From Acidobacteriota bacterium (lineage in GTDB: Bacteria > Acidobacteriota > UBA6911 > RPQK01 > JAJDTT01), in contig OZ253580.1 in the NCBI GenBank assembly GCA_965263035.1, positions 2,272,001 through 2,336,000 on the forward strand: DNA of 64,000 nucleotides, in the 5' to 3' direction. The position numbers and the translations under genes are program-made. This document shows positions 39,491 to 51,109 of this stretch, piece after piece (positions within the stretch are counted from its first letter, which is position 1; the number at the start of each line of letters is the position of its first letter). Under the pieces are notes generated by a model. The model ran no database searches and had not been told where the DNA came from. It saw only the letters and a list, made by a program, of their open reading frames with translations.

Positions 39491-40108
39491 GTGCTCAAGA
39501 TCGGACTCACCGGCGGGATCGCCTGCGGCAAGAGCTTTGTCCTGAACGACTTCCGCCAGTTGGGAGTGCAGTGCATCGATGCCGACGAGGTGGCCCACCA
39601 GGTCATCCTTCCCGGCGAGCCGGCCTACCGGGACATCGTGGAACACTTCGGGACCGGGATCCTGGGAGACGATTCCGCCATCGATCGCCGGAAGCTGGGC
39701 GCCGCCGTCTTCGGCGACGAACGGCAGCGGCGGCGGCAGCGCCTGAACCGCATCGTCCACCCCCGAATCCATCAGGAGTTGGACCGCCGGTTGTCCCGTT
39801 TGGCGGAGGAACCAGGCTCGGAGCCGGCCCTGGCCATGGTGGACGCCGCTCTCATGGTGGAGACGGATTCCTACCGGAAATACGACTACATGGTGGTGGT
39901 CTCCTGCCGCCCCGAACAGCAGTTGGAACGCCTTCTGGGGCGGGAAGGGCTGACGAGACGGGAAGCCCAGGCGAGAATCGACTCGCAGATGCCCATCGCG
40001 GAGAAGGTCCGGTTCGCCGATTTCGTCATCGACAACAGCGGGGATCGGGCCCGGACCCGGGCCCGGACCCGGGAGGTGCACCGGCAGCTCCTGAAACTTG
40101 CCCGGTGA
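39491..40108 (+). CDS. coaE: dephospho-CoA kinase
   Basis: IGLTGGIACGKS, IDAD, LNRIVHP and RIDSQMP motifs. Confidence 0.95.
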   Translation: MLKIGLTGGIACGKSFVLNDFRQLGVQCIDADEVAHQVILPGEPAYRDIVEHFGTGILGDDSAIDRRKLGAAVFGDERQRRRQRLNRIVHPRIHQELDRRLSRLAEEPGSEPALAMVDAALMVETDSYRKYDYMVVVSCRPEQQLERLLGREGLTRREAQARIDSQMPIAEKVRFADFVIDNSGDRARTRARTREVHRQLLKLAR

Positions 40109-40123
40109 GGAGCTTCGTCACCG

Positions 40124-40375
40124 GTAGGAGCGGCGGCTTTCTTGCCGCCGACAGGGGGGCAGGGGGGACGGAGTCCCCACTTTACACTTTCCCTCCTCTA
40201 CACTTTTCGGCCACCGAATCGCATAGCGGCAATGAAGAGCAGGCGGCAAGAAAACCGCCTTTCCCAATGGGCGATTAGAAATCGCCCCTCCTAGCAGACG
40301 ACAAGAAAGTCGCCACTCCCAGTGGGCGATTAGAAATCGCCCCTCCTGTGGGCGACAAGGATGTCGCCCCTCCTA
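40124..40375. repeat. REP / REPIN-like cluster
   Basis: GTAGGAGCGGCGGCTTTCTTGCCGCCG plus at least 5 further hairpin units between convergent genes. Confidence 0.85.
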
Positions 40376-41809
40376 GCGCCGGGATAGCAGCCAACCGAAT
40401 CCCAGGGTCCCCCAGATCAACCCGTGCTCGGCCAGCCGGGTCCAGGTCCACCAGATCTCCGGAAGCCGCTGGTACTCGAAGTGGAAGCTGAGGTAGTAGA
40501 GACCGGCCGCGCCCGAGAGAGCGACGACGGCGGGCGCCGTCAACGCGAACCGTGAAGTCGCGGGTAGCAGCGCCGCCAGAACCACGGCGTACCAGGGAAA
40601 AGGCGCGGGCAGGAGGAGGAACCAGAACAGCAGGACCCACTGGCAGACCCCGATCAGCTCCACCGGCGATCCGGGGGACCGGAGGCGGACCCAGGGCACA
40701 GCCACGGCGATGACCAGGATCAGGATGCCGCAGGCGAGCCGAGGCTGGGGGAGCAGATACTCCAACAGGTCGAAGGCGCCCTGGTTCATCGTCCAGCGTT
40801 CCGCGTAGCTCCTGAGACCTTCGGTCAACCGATCCAGGCCCAGCGGCGAGAAGGGCAGGTACCCCAGCACGAGCCCCATCAGAGACCCGGCCGCGAAGGT
40901 GACGGCCTTCTTCCCGCCCGAAACACGCGAGACGAACCGGAAAGCGGCCGGCAGCAGGAGGATGGGATACAGCTTGGAGAGCACGCCTCCGGCCATAGAT
41001 CCGGCCGCGGCCAGGAGCCAGGGCCAGCCCCCGCGAACCTGCATGCGCTCCAGACTCAAAATGAGAAGCACCACGAAAAAGGCGGGCAGGATGTCCAGGT
41101 GGACCGAATTGGTGACCTCCTTCAGCACCAGCGGGTTCCAAGCGTACAGGAGCACCCGGGACGGGGAAGAGCCCAGACGGGTGAGCAGCAGGACGATCAG
41201 CCCGATGAGGGCCAGGTCGACCAAGGTGAAAAGAACCCGGAGTCCGGTCCAGTTCCAGCCGCCCAATAGACCTCCGACGGCGAACGCCGCCTGAGCCGCC
41301 GGAGGGTAGAGGGTGGGGATCTCGGCGTACCCGATGCGGGAGATCACCTCCTGAGCCTGGGGGTCCGACAGCGCCCGTTCCAGAGGCTCCGGAGGAAGAA
41401 GCGACAGCTCCAGAGGCGATTGCTGGTAGGGATTCACGCCCGCCGACAGCACCTGTCCGTCCAGCACGTAGCGATAAACGTCGTTTTCCTGAATCAGGCC
41501 GGAGGGGAACAGCAGGAGGCGGGCCGCCAGGGCCGTCGCCAGGATCAGGAGAAGCGGCGCTTGGCGATCCCGCCTGCGGAGCTGAAGGTAGCCCAGGAAA
41601 AAACCGGTCCAGGCGCAAGCGTAGAGCAGGACGAAGGTCAGGATGGGACGGTCGGCATGCCCCTCGCCGTAGTCGAATTGGAAGCTGAGCCAAGTCCAGC
41701 CGGCACAAGAGAGAATGATCAGCAAGGAAGCCGCCGGCCAGGTTCCGCGCCTCCAACCGGCCGGCTTGTCCTCTACGGATTCGTGATCCTCGGCCGGCAG
41801 TCCTTTCAT
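40373..41809 (-). CDS. GT-C (GT87-like) membrane glycosyltransferase
   Basis: [15 protein letters not shown] and YAWNPL motifs. Confidence 0.8.
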   Translation of the reverse strand: MKGLPAEDHESVEDKPAGWRRGTWPAASLLIILSCAGWTWLSFQFDYGEGHADRPILTFVLLYACAWTGFFLGYLQLRRRDRQAPLLLILATALAARLLLFPSGLIQENDVYRYVLDGQVLSAGVNPYQQSPLELSLLPPEPLERALSDPQAQEVISRIGYAEIPTLYPPAAQAAFAVGGLLGGWNWTGLRVLFTLVDLALIGLIVLLLTRLGSSPSRVLLYAWNPLVLKEVTNSVHLDILPAFFVVLLILSLERMQVRGGWPWLLAAAGSMAGGVLSKLYPILLLPAAFRFVSRVSGGKKAVTFAAGSLMGLVLGYLPFSPLGLDRLTEGLRSYAERWTMNQGAFDLLEYLLPQPRLACGILILVIAVAVPWVRLRSPGSPVELIGVCQWVLLFWFLLLPAPFPWYAVVLAALLPATSRFALTAPAVVALSGAAGLYYLSFHFEYQRLPEIWWTWTRLAEHGLIWGTLGFGWLLSRR

Positions 41810-44607
41810 CCAGCCAGAACCTGGCGCAGGGCATCACCGGTATAGGAGCCGGTAAACCCGGCCACCGTTTTCGGCGGACCGGTGCAGACCACGGTGCCGC
41901 CGGCCCTCCCTCCGCCGGGCCCCAGATCGATGATCCAATCGGCGCTCTTGACCACCTCCATATTGTGCTCGATGACGATCACCGTATTCCCCACCTCCAC
42001 CAAGCGGTGGAGAATTTCCAGAAGCCGTCTCACGTCCTCGAAGTGAAGACCCGTCGTGGGCTCGTCCAGAATGTAGACGGTGTTCCCGGTCGCCCTCCGA
42101 TTGAGCTCGCTGGCCAGTTTCACCCGTTGGGCCTCTCCTCCCGAAAGAGTCGTGGCCGACTGGCCCAGCCGGATGTATCCGAGCCCCACCTCCAACAGGG
42201 TGGTCAGACGGGACTTGATGGTGGGGATGTTCTCCAGGAGCTCGCAGGCCTCCTCCACCGTCATGCCCAGCACGTCCGAGATGGAATAGCCGCGGTAGAG
42301 AATGGCGCGGGTCTCCCGGTTGTACCGGGTGCCGGCGCAACTCTCGCACACGACGTGGACGTCGGGCAGGAAGCTCATCTCGATCTTGCTCAATCCGTTG
42401 CCCCGGCAGGCTTCACACCGGCCGCCCCGCACGTTGAAGCTGAAACGTCCGGCCTTGTAGCCCCGGGACCGGGACTCGGGCAGAAGGGAAAAGAGTTGCC
42501 GGATGGGAGTGAAGACGCCGGTGTAGGTGGCCGGGTTCGACCGCGGGGTGCGGCCGATGGGCGACTGGTCGATCTCGATGACCTTGTCCACGTGCTCCAG
42601 GCCCCGGATCTCCCGATGGGGACCCGGCTCCGCGAACGAACCGTAGAGCTCCCGGCTCAGGGCGCGGTGGAGCACTTCGCTCACCAGCGACGACTTGCCC
42701 GAGCCCGAAACTCCGGTCACCAGGACCAGCCGTCCCAGCGGGAAGCTGACGTCGATGTCCCGGAGGTTGTTGTGGGTCGCGCCCAGGACTTCGATGGACC
42801 GGGGCTCTCCGGCGTGGCTCCTTTCGGGAGGCTCGATCCGGCGGGTTCCCCGAAGGTAGGCCCCAGTCAGGGAATCGGGATGGTCCAGAATCTCCTGGAG
42901 GCTGCCGGCGGCCACCACCTGCCCCCCGTGGCTGGCCGCGCCGGGTCCCAGGTCCACCACGTAGTCGCCGTTGCGGATGGTCTCCTCGTCGTGCTCCACG
43001 ATGAGGATCGTGTTCCCCAAGTCCCGGAGCTGGCGCAGGCTGGCCAGCAGACTCGCCACGTCCCGGGGGTGAAGGCCCACGGAGGGTTCGTCCAGGACGT
43101 AGAGGACGCCGCGGAGCCGGGAGCCCACCTGGGTGGCCAGTCTCACCCGCTGCGCCTCCCCGCCCGAGAGCGAAGCCGCCTTCCGGTCCAGAGTCAGGTA
43201 GGAGAGGCCCACTTCCAGCAGAAACCGGACCCGGTGGCGAATCTCTTCCAGGACCGGTCCGGCAATGGACTCCTGGCGGGGGCTGAGGCGGATGGCCTCC
43301 AGAGCGGGCAGACACTCGTCCAGCGGCATCCGGCAGTATTCGGAAATGGAGCGGTCCTGTATGCGCACCGCCCGGCTCTCCGGACGAAGCCGGCTTCCCT
43401 CGCAGACCGGACAATCCCCCTCGACCATGAAGCTGAGGAGCCGCTGTTTTCTCTTATCGCTTCCGGTGGCCCGGAGCTTCTTCTGGAACCACGGCTCCAA
43501 CCCCGGGAAGCGCGCCGTATAGGTGAGTTCCCCGTAGCGGAAGAGAATCGGTTTTTCGAGACCCGCACGCAGGGCCTGCCAGACGCGGTCGGGATACCGC
43601 CGGAGAGGGACTTCGGGATCCAGGGAGTAGTGCTCCAGGAGGGCTCGCAGAGATTCTTGCAAGAACCGTTTGAGGTCCTGGTCGGGCAGTTCCAGCGAAA
43701 GGGTATCGACGGTGGCGTCCCGGTCCGGGATCAAGCGCCTCAAGTTGACGCGAAGCTGAATCCCCAATCCCTCGCATTCGGAACAGGCGCCGAAACGGCT
43801 GTTGAAGGAGAAGCTGCGAGGCTCCAACTCCGGCATGCTGATTCCACACTGGACACAGGCGGCCCGTTCCGAAAAGAGCAGATCGGATCCGCCGAAGGGA
43901 GCGAAGGCCACCAACCCGTCCGCCATCTCGACGGCGTGTTGAACCGAATTCCGGATTCGGCCCCGGGCCTCCTCCAGAACCTGAAGCCGGTCCACGACGA
44001 TCTCCACCGTGTGGTTCTTCCTCTTGTCCAGTTGCGGAGGTTCCTCCAGGTACTCCATGAATCCGTCCACCCGCGCCCGCAGGTATCCCTCCCTGCGGTA
44101 CCGCTCGAACAACTTCTTGAATTCGCCCTTCCGATCCCGGACCAGAGGAGCCAGGATCATGCCCCGTTTTCCCGGCGCGTCCGCCAGGATCTGCGAGACG
44201 ATCTGGTCCACCGACTGGCGGGTGATGGGGCGGTCGCAGCGCGGGCAACTGGGCATGCCGATGCTGGAAAAGAGGAGCCGCAGGTAGTCGTAGACTTCGG
44301 TGATGGTCCCCACGGTGGAGCGGGGGCTCCGAATAGTGGTCTTCTGCTCGATGGAGATCGCAGGCGACAGCCCTTCGATGGAGTCCACGTCCGGCTTCTC
44401 CATCTTCTCCAGAAACTGCCGGGCATAGGTGGAGAGAGATTCGATGTAGCGCCGCTGTCCCTCGGCGTAGAGGGTGTCGAAGGCCAGGCTCGACTTCCCC
44501 GAACCGCTGAGGCCGGTGATGACGGTGATCCGGTTTCGGGGGAGGTCCAGATCGACGTTCTTCAGGTTATGCTGCCGGGCGCCGCGAACGGAGAGGAGGT
44601 CGGTCAC
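41806..44607 (-). CDS. uvrA: excinuclease ABC subunit A
   Basis: GARQHNLKN, two ABC ATPase modules, zinc fingers. Confidence 0.98.
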   Translation of the reverse strand: MTDLLSVRGARQHNLKNVDLDLPRNRITVITGLSGSGKSSLAFDTLYAEGQRRYIESLSTYARQFLEKMEKPDVDSIEGLSPAISIEQKTTIRSPRSTVGTITEVYDYLRLLFSSIGMPSCPRCDRPITRQSVDQIVSQILADAPGKRGMILAPLVRDRKGEFKKLFERYRREGYLRARVDGFMEYLEEPPQLDKRKNHTVEIVVDRLQVLEEARGRIRNSVQHAVEMADGLVAFAPFGGSDLLFSERAACVQCGISMPELEPRSFSFNSRFGACSECEGLGIQLRVNLRRLIPDRDATVDTLSLELPDQDLKRFLQESLRALLEHYSLDPEVPLRRYPDRVWQALRAGLEKPILFRYGELTYTARFPGLEPWFQKKLRATGSDKRKQRLLSFMVEGDCPVCEGSRLRPESRAVRIQDRSISEYCRMPLDECLPALEAIRLSPRQESIAGPVLEEIRHRVRFLLEVGLSYLTLDRKAASLSGGEAQRVRLATQVGSRLRGVLYVLDEPSVGLHPRDVASLLASLRQLRDLGNTILIVEHDEETIRNGDYVVDLGPGAASHGGQVVAAGSLQEILDHPDSLTGAYLRGTRRIEPPERSHAGEPRSIEVLGATHNNLRDIDVSFPLGRLVLVTGVSGSGKSSLVSEVLHRALSRELYGSFAEPGPHREIRGLEHVDKVIEIDQSPIGRTPRSNPATYTGVFTPIRQLFSLLPESRSRGYKAGRFSFNVRGGRCEACRGNGLSKIEMSFLPDVHVVCESCAGTRYNRETRAILYRGYSISDVLGMTVEEACELLENIPTIKSRLTTLLEVGLGYIRLGQSATTLSGGEAQRVKLASELNRRATGNTVYILDEPTTGLHFEDVRRLLEILHRLVEVGNTVIVIEHNMEVVKSADWIIDLGPGGGRAGGTVVCTGPPKTVAGFTGSYTGDALRQVLAG

Positions 44608-44791
44608 TATCTAAGAGAAATCCCAAATCCCAAACGATAAATCCCAAACGGAAGACCGGAAACTACAGGAGGCCTGATCATGTTCGCCGCCGGTGGGCAC
44701 GTAGGGGGCCCTCTTTCGTTTGCTGAAGCGGGGTGACTATCTGGTCACCCATTCGCCCATGCTCGCCTGATCCAATGGCGGCTTGGGAGAT

Positions 44792-44816
44792 CGGCGGTTG
44801 GAAACCGCCGCTCCAC
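44792..44816. repeat. REP-like hairpin
   Basis: CGGCGGTTGGAAACCGCCGCTCCAC. Confidence 0.7.
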
Positions 44817-44830
44817 GCCGCCGCTCCTGG

Positions 44831-46300
44831 TCAAGGCACCCGCAGGCGGTAGGTCCGGAGCTGGCCTCCCCGAAGATAATGGAGAATCAGAAATCCATCC
44901 ACCCCCGTCTGCGAGGACCTCTGCAGATCGACCGTAGATGCTACGGAGTGGCCGTTGACCCGGATCAGGATATCTCCGCTGCGGAGACCCGCCCGGTAAC
45001 CGATGCTTTCGATCCCCACCGATTTCACCCGGAGTCCTCTCTCGATCGGGCCCGAGGCCCCAACCATTCCATCCGGCACCCAGGGATCGACGACCAGTCC
45101 CAAACCGGTTGGAACCGGCACCAGCACCCTCTGTAGAAACATCTCTTCGATCAGACGGCCGCCGGCGGCGGCGGGCAACTCCATCCGCCAAGCCAGATGC
45201 GAATGCAGAGGGGGTCTCGGCGCCAAGGTGGCCTCGACTTCCCGGGTGACGCCTCCCCGCCGGATCACCAGATCCAGCCGCGATCCCGGCTCCCTTCGGC
45301 GGATGGCCTCCAAGAGGCCCTCCAGCGACGGAGCTTGCCGCTCCGCCACTTTCAACACCACGTCCCCCGACTGGAGTCCTGCCCTTTCCGCCGGGCTCCC
45401 AGGTTCGATTCCATCGATCTGCGGCCCGTCTCCGCCTGCTCTCACGTAGACTCCCAGCCAACCCGAACGAACGTGACCGTTTCTGGACACCACCTGCCGG
45501 GCAGACTGCCGCACCAACGACCAGGGCAGAAGCCGGCAGCTGAGACTCCGCCCCAGCGGATGACGGCTCACGCGTGTCACCAGACCCAAGACCTGTTGGT
45601 TGTGGTCCAGCAGGAACCCACCTTCCCAGAGGCCCGCCTCGTGGGGCACTTCCCGAGGTCTCAACAGGACCGTCCTCTCGGGGCTGATCTGCTCCGGTTC
45701 CCAGCGGAGAATCTTGCAGGAGAGGACGTTCCAGCCAGACTCTCCGGCGTAAGCCATGCGGACCTGTGTCGGGTTGGCTTCGCTCGGCGCCGGCAGAGCC
45801 GGCCGAAATGGACCGGCGTGTTCCAGAACCGCCAGACTCATCCGCTCGTCCACCCCCACCAGCCGAAGCGGGGCCTGGTCCGCCGCTCCCGGTCTCAGAA
45901 CGATCTTCACGGCAGGATGGTCCAGATCGACCCCGTGGCTGCCCAGATAGGAGACGATGTGCCCGGAGTCGAGAAAGGCCCCTTCCAGCAGGATCTTCTC
46001 GTGCACCTGGACCTGGGGCACCATCCCGTCCCGGTAGACGACGCCGTGGAAACGACGTCCCATGGAGAGCCGGACCATGGAATCCTGGACCGGTTCGGGT
46101 GGTGCCGCCTCAGCGGCGGCGGAACTGGCCAACGCCAGCACAACCAGCACCGCCGCCATCGGTGCAGCCGGAGGAAGGGTCAGGCGTTTCAAGGGATTCA
46201 GGAGTCTGGTGGCGCCGAATAAGTTGGAGGCCATGAAACCGAAGCGAACCACAAGCATCCACAAACACAAATTCGTCACCGGGGGAGCGGTGAGAAACAC
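44831..46300 (-). CDS. HtrA-like protein with two PDZ domains and a degenerate protease domain (start uncertain)
   Basis: GWLGV..GSPAERAGLQSGD and AGLRSGD PDZ motifs; no GNSGG. Confidence 0.75.
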   Translation of the reverse strand: MFLTAPPVTNLCLWMLVVRFGFMASNLFGATRLLNPLKRLTLPPAAPMAAVLVVLALASSAAAEAAPPEPVQDSMVRLSMGRRFHGVVYRDGMVPQVQVHEKILLEGAFLDSGHIVSYLGSHGVDLDHPAVKIVLRPGAADQAPLRLVGVDERMSLAVLEHAGPFRPALPAPSEANPTQVRMAYAGESGWNVLSCKILRWEPEQISPERTVLLRPREVPHEAGLWEGGFLLDHNQQVLGLVTRVSRHPLGRSLSCRLLPWSLVRQSARQVVSRNGHVRSGWLGVYVRAGGDGPQIDGIEPGSPAERAGLQSGDVVLKVAERQAPSLEGLLEAIRRREPGSRLDLVIRRGGVTREVEATLAPRPPLHSHLAWRMELPAAAGGRLIEEMFLQRVLVPVPTGLGLVVDPWVPDGMVGASGPIERGLRVKSVGIESIGYRAGLRSGDILIRVNGHSVASTVDLQRSSQTGVDGFLILHYLRGGQLRTYRLRVP

Positions 46301-46350
46301 GGATCAGGGGTTAGGCCTGCGCCGCAGAAATTGGTCTACCGCGCAGACTC

Positions 46351-46905
46351 CTAGTGGCTGACCCGTTGCCAGTAGAGCCCGTGATGCAGGCCGCTGGTAC
46401 GCACCTCGACGGTGCGGGGCACCCGCACCAGAACCGGTGTTCCGGAAGAGTCTTCCGCGCGGAGTTCGATATAGGAGGATGACACCGGCTGGTCTTCCTT
46501 GACCCAACGATGAAGGTCTTCCCGCTGGGAGCGGTTCCGGACCCAATCCCGGGGACTCTGCGACCGCCGCGACTCCACGACCGGGCTCTCACCGCCGCCG
46601 GAAACCTCCGCCGACTGTGATGGAACCAGAACCCCGCTGGTCACGAACAGCATCACCGAAGCCAACCCCCGTAGAACCAGACGCTCCAAGTCACCGCCGG
46701 ACATGAAACCTCCCGCAATCTTGCGGTAGAAGTCCGGCGGCGCCTTCACCCCCTGTCTGAGTGAGCGGTTCATTGTCTCCAGCGCCGCCAGATCCTCATA
46801 GAGTCCGCGGCAACCGGAGCATTCATGAAGGTGGGCCAAGACGCTGGCCTGCTGGACGTTCGTCCCCTCGTCCAGCAGCTTTTCTTCGATCTCCCGGCAG
46901 TTCAT
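46351..46905 (-). CDS. anti-sigma factor (zf-HC2)
   Basis: MNCREI...HLHECSGC and a hydrophobic segment. Confidence 0.8.
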   Translation of the reverse strand: MNCREIEEKLLDEGTNVQQASVLAHLHECSGCRGLYEDLAALETMNRSLRQGVKAPPDFYRKIAGGFMSGGDLERLVLRGLASVMLFVTSGVLVPSQSAEVSGGGESPVVESRRSQSPRDWVRNRSQREDLHRWVKEDQPVSSSYIELRAEDSSGTPVLVRVPRTVEVRTSGLHHGLYWQRVSH

Positions 46906-47486
46906 AAAAACCTGGAAAGCTTGTCTCGAAGCAGCCGCTTGGCCCGGTGGAGCCTCGATTTTACGGTCCCCACCGAAAGGTTCAACACGGTGCCCGTTTC
47001 CTGCAGCGATAGCTCCTGGACCTCCTTGAGAACGAAGACCAGGCGATAGCGCGGGGGCAACGAGTCGATGGCGGTACGCAGCAACCGAGCCTTCTCCTTG
47101 CTCCCCAGATCGGCTTCGGGTGAAGGCCGGTCGTCACTGACCTGGATTTCCGTTTCTCCCTGTTCGGAGTTACCGAAGAGCCGCTGGGTCAGAAAGAAAC
47201 CCCGCCGCTTTCTCCGCCGCATCTCGTCCAGGGCGAGGTTGGTGGCGATCTTGTAGATCCAGGTCGAGAACCGGTAGTTGCCCTTGTACCGGTGAGCGTG
47301 GCGGAAGACTCGGATGAACGTTTCCTGCGAGAGGTCCACCGCCTGATCGTAGTCGCGGATGAGATTGTAGATGTAGTTGACCAAACGGTCCTGGTAACGG
47401 TCTACCAGAACCTGAAAGGCGTACTCATCGCCTTTCAGGTAGGCGACGATGAGGGCGTTATCGGCAAATGTCAGAGTGCCGGCCAA
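46902..47486 (-). CDS. ECF sigma factor (RpoE-like)
   Basis: DLSQETFI, FSTWIYKIATN and GTVKSRLHRA motifs. Confidence 0.92.
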   Translation of the reverse strand: MAGTLTFADNALIVAYLKGDEYAFQVLVDRYQDRLVNYIYNLIRDYDQAVDLSQETFIRVFRHAHRYKGNYRFSTWIYKIATNLALDEMRRRKRRGFFLTQRLFGNSEQGETEIQVSDDRPSPEADLGSKEKARLLRTAIDSLPPRYRLVFVLKEVQELSLQETGTVLNLSVGTVKSRLHRAKRLLRDKLSRFL

Positions 47487-47613
47487 GTGTTCAACCTCCC
47501 TAATTAACTAAGACGGCAGGAAATGCCAATTTGTTCCAACTAAATTTCATTTCGAGTTGAATTCCTGCCTCCAGCCGCCCGTGTCATCCCTGGCCCAACC
47601 TGCCTTGGGAATT

Positions 47614-47637
47614 CGGCGGCAAGAAAGCCGCCGGTCC
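47614..47637. repeat. REP-like hairpin
   Basis: CGGCGGCAAGAAAGCCGCCGGTCC. Confidence 0.7.
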
Positions 47638-47639
47638 TG

Positions 47640-50231
47640 TCACTTGGCTTCATACCAGGATCGCCCCACGGCCATGTCCACCTTCAGCGGCACCTGCAGG
47701 GAAGCCACCTCTTCCATCTTCTCCCGGACCAGTTCCCGGACTTCGTCCATCTCCGCTTCCAGCACCTCCACCACCAACTCGTCGTGCACCTGCAGAATGA
47801 GCCTGCTTGAGAGCCCTCTCCGGGAAAGGGACCGGTGAGTCGAGACCATGGCCATCTTGATCAGGTCCGCGGCCGTGCCCTGGATGGGGGCGTTGATGGC
47901 GGTCCGCTCCCCGAAGCTCCTGAGGTTCCAGTTCTTGCTCTTCAGTTCCGGGATCTGGCGGATACGACCGAAAAGGGTTCGCACATACCCCGTCTCGTAA
48001 GCCTCCGCCAGAGTCGATTCCGACCAGCGCTTGATGCCCTGGTAACGCTGGAAGTACTCGTCGATGAGACGCTTGGCTTCCCACCGTCCGATCTCCAAGT
48101 TCCGAGCCAGGCCGAAGGCGCTGACCCCGTAGAGGATCCCGAAATTGATGATCTTGGCGTAGCGGCGCCGTTCCCGGGGACTCAGATCGGTGCTCTCCCC
48201 CAGGACCTCGGCGGCCGTCCGCTCGTGGATATCCTCTCCCTGGCGGAATGCGTCCACCAGGACCGGATCCTCGGAGAGGTGTGCCATGACTCTGAGCTCG
48301 ATTTGCGAATAGTCGGCCGCCAGCAGCCAATATCCCTCTTCGGCCACGAAGGCTCGCCGGATCTCCCGGCCCAGATCGGTCTTGATGGGGATGTTCTGGA
48401 GGTTGGGGTTGCTGGAGGAGAGGCGCCCCGTCGCCGCCACCATCTGGTTGTAGGAGGTGTGGATCCTGCCGGAACCGGGGTCGACCAGTCCGGGCAGCGC
48501 GTCCAGGTAGGTGTTCTTCAGCTTCGTCTGCTCCCGGTACTCGAGGACGCGTTCGGCGATCTCGTGCTCGCCGGCCAACCGTTGCAGCACCTCGACTCCG
48601 GTGGAGAAGTGTTTCGCCTTGGGCGTCTTCTTGGGGGGAGGGAGTCCCAGTTTCTCGAACAGGATCGCCCCGAGTTGCTTGGGCGAGTTGAGGTTGAACT
48701 TCTCGCCGGCCAGTTCGGTGATGCGGTCCGCGAGGACCTGGATCTCCTGGCCCATTTGGCGCGACATGGACTCCAGCATCTCCCGGTCCACCTTCACCCC
48801 GGCGGCCTCCATGTCGGCCAACACCTGCACCAGGGGAATCTCCACCTCGAGGAGCAGATCCTCCAACCCGTGGGTCCTGACCGCCGCCTCCAGCACGCGG
48901 AAGAGCCGAAGGGTCAGGTCGGCCGACCGGGCCAGCAGCTCCTCCTCGTCCGGGAAGAGGCCCGCTTCGGACTCGCTCAGCCGGGTCTGGAGACGCTGGG
49001 TCGCCAGACGCTTCAACGAGAAGTCGTTCTGGTTGGGAGTCAACAGGTAGGCCATGAGGCGCGTATCGGCGAACTCGGACGTCAGCTGCCACCCCCGGGT
49101 CCGAGCCAGCATGAGCAAGGGCTTCAAATCGTGAATGATCCACCGTTTGGGTCGATTCAAGAGGGAGAGGATCCGGTCGGAGCCTCCCTTCAGGAGATCC
49201 CCACTCAAGTGGATCCCCTTCCCCTGTCCCATCGAAACGCCGACGCCCCGCACAGGCTCCCCTTTGGCGCCGGGAAGCAGCGCCAATCCGGCCTCGGCGC
49301 CTTCCAACCGGGTCAGGAGGGCGTCCAGCTGCGAGCCGCTCTCGAATCGCTCGTACTCGCCTCCGGCCGCCTCCGGTTCGGGTAGGAACTCCTCCAGCAG
49401 TCTGGTGAAATTCAGCTCCAGGAAGAGCTTCCGGCCCTCGGCCGGATCCGGTTCCGCGACCCTGAGGGTCTCCAGGTCCAGATCCAGCGGAATCCGGTCG
49501 TACATGGTCACCAGTTCGCGGCTCTGCCGGACCACGGCTTCGTTCTGCTGGAGACTCTCCCGATAGGTCTTGCGCCGGACCTCGTCCCTGTGGGCCAGCA
49601 GATTGTCCAGATCCCCGTAGCTCCGGAGCAGCAGCGCGGCGCCCTTCTGGCCGATTCCCTTCGCGCCCGGGATGTTGTCGGAGGTGTCGCCGACCAGGCT
49701 CAGGAAGTCGCCCAGTTGCTGAGGCCTGACTCCGAACTTCTTCTCCACCTTGGCCGCGTCGAATCGGGTCATGGTTCGCGTATCGAGAATGGTCACGCCC
49801 GAGTCCACGATCTGGAAAAGGTCCTTGTCGACGGTGACGATGACCACCTCCAGACCGTTTTTCCCCGCCTGCCGGGTGACGGTGGCGATAATGTCGTCCG
49901 CCTCGTATCCCGGGTGGGAGAGCATGGGCACCCGAAAGACCCGGCACACCCGATGGAGGTAGGGGATCTGCCGCGACAGGTCTTCCGGCATGGGTGGCCG
50001 GGTCGCCTTGTAGTCGGGAAACTGCTCGTGCCGAACCGTGGGCCCGGGAAGATCCATGGCCACGGCCAGATAGTCCGGCTTCTCTTCCTCGACCAGCTTG
50101 CGCAGCATGCTCGTGAATCCGAAGACGGCGCCGGTGGGAAGCCCCTCCCGGTTGGTCAATCTCCGGATGGCATAGTACGCCCGGTAGAACTGGGACATGC
50201 CGTCGATGATGTAGAGGCGTGGAGCCGGCAC
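47640..50231 (-). CDS. polA: DNA polymerase I
   Basis: 5'-3' exonuclease N-terminus; TGRLSSSNPNLQNIP, DYSQIELR and QVHDEL motifs. Confidence 0.98.
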   Translation of the reverse strand: MPAPRLYIIDGMSQFYRAYYAIRRLTNREGLPTGAVFGFTSMLRKLVEEEKPDYLAVAMDLPGPTVRHEQFPDYKATRPPMPEDLSRQIPYLHRVCRVFRVPMLSHPGYEADDIIATVTRQAGKNGLEVVIVTVDKDLFQIVDSGVTILDTRTMTRFDAAKVEKKFGVRPQQLGDFLSLVGDTSDNIPGAKGIGQKGAALLLRSYGDLDNLLAHRDEVRRKTYRESLQQNEAVVRQSRELVTMYDRIPLDLDLETLRVAEPDPAEGRKLFLELNFTRLLEEFLPEPEAAGGEYERFESGSQLDALLTRLEGAEAGLALLPGAKGEPVRGVGVSMGQGKGIHLSGDLLKGGSDRILSLLNRPKRWIIHDLKPLLMLARTRGWQLTSEFADTRLMAYLLTPNQNDFSLKRLATQRLQTRLSESEAGLFPDEEELLARSADLTLRLFRVLEAAVRTHGLEDLLLEVEIPLVQVLADMEAAGVKVDREMLESMSRQMGQEIQVLADRITELAGEKFNLNSPKQLGAILFEKLGLPPPKKTPKAKHFSTGVEVLQRLAGEHEIAERVLEYREQTKLKNTYLDALPGLVDPGSGRIHTSYNQMVAATGRLSSSNPNLQNIPIKTDLGREIRRAFVAEEGYWLLAADYSQIELRVMAHLSEDPVLVDAFRQGEDIHERTAAEVLGESTDLSPRERRRYAKIINFGILYGVSAFGLARNLEIGRWEAKRLIDEYFQRYQGIKRWSESTLAEAYETGYVRTLFGRIRQIPELKSKNWNLRSFGERTAINAPIQGTAADLIKMAMVSTHRSLSRRGLSSRLILQVHDELVVEVLEAEMDEVRELVREKMEEVASLQVPLKVDMAVGRSWYEAK

Positions 50232-50310
50232 AACTCTTCGATTTTATCAGCCGACAGCAGAAGTCGTCGCGTCATCCATCCCGCGCCGGGTCCCGGTGGA
50301 CGGTGACGAA

Positions 50311-50337
50311 GGGCGGCCACACAAGGGCTGCCCCTAC
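50311..50337. repeat. GTAG-type REP-like hairpin (second family)
   Basis: Reverse complement reads GTAGGGGCAGCCCTTGTGTGGCCGCCC. Confidence 0.55.
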
Positions 50338-50377
50338 GTCGCCTCAATTCTTGCGGGGCGAGGGTTGGTCCCTTACG

Positions 50378-51109
50378 ATGGCTTCCATGTCCGCGCTGGC
50401 TTGCGTCAATGCGATCTGGCGGGTCCCACTCATTCTGTCTCTCACCGCCATCATGGCGTCGCTGAGCCTGATTCTGTCAGTGGCCGACGAGGGGGGGGAA
50501 CGGCAGAGTTGGTGTGCGCGATCATGGAGCCGGATGATCCTTCGGATCTCCCGGGTCCAGGTCCAGGTTCGAGGACTGGAGAAGCTGGACCCGGGGGGCG
50601 CGTACGTCTTCGCCGCCAACCACCTGAGCATGTTCGACATCTTTGCCTTCCTGGGCTGCCTCCCCTTCGACTTCCGGTTCGTAGCCAAGTCCTCCCTGTT
50701 CCATTGGCCGTTTCTGGGATGGCATCTGAAACGAGCCGGATACATCCGCGTGGATCGCCTGCACCCTCGGCAGACGCTGCGGGCCTTCCGGACCGCGGGC
50801 AGCCAGATCCGTTCCGGCGTCTCCATGGTCATCTTTCCCGAGGGGATGCGGACCTGGGGCAAAGGGGTCGCTCCCTTCAAGCGGGGAAGCTTCCTGTTGG
50901 CCCGCCAGACGGGCGCGTCCATCGTCCCCGTGACCATCGTGGGATCTCATCGCCGTCTGCCCCGGGGATCGGTGTTGATCCAGCCGGGGAAGATGGAGAT
51001 GATCATCCACGAGTCCATCCCAAGGGGCCGCTACCGCAACCTGAAGCTCGACGCCCTGGCCCGGCAGGTCCGGCGGACCATCGTCGAGAGCTACCAGCAG
51101 GTCGGGTGA
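50378..51109 (+). CDS. plsC: 1-acyl-sn-glycerol-3-phosphate acyltransferase
   Basis: NHLSMFD, FPEG.R and FKRG motifs. Confidence 0.88.
   Translation: MASMSALACVNAIWRVPLILSLTAIMASLSLILSVADEGGERQSWCARSWSRMILRISRVQVQVRGLEKLDPGGAYVFAANHLSMFDIFAFLGCLPFDFRFVAKSSLFHWPFLGWHLKRAGYIRVDRLHPRQTLRAFRTAGSQIRSGVSMVIFPEGMRTWGKGVAPFKRGSFLLARQTGASIVPVTIVGSHRRLPRGSVLIQPGKMEMIIHESIPRGRYRNLKLDALARQVRRTIVESYQQVG

Noticed and set aside
44618-44650. AAATCCCAAA short repeat upstream of uvrA as an operator
   Set aside because: Cannot be tied to a known binding motif from sequence alone.
41965-49947. Long overlapping ORFs (891, 765, 516 aa and similar elsewhere)
   Set aside because: Antisense or alternate-frame shadows of uvrA and polA, typical of high-GC DNA.
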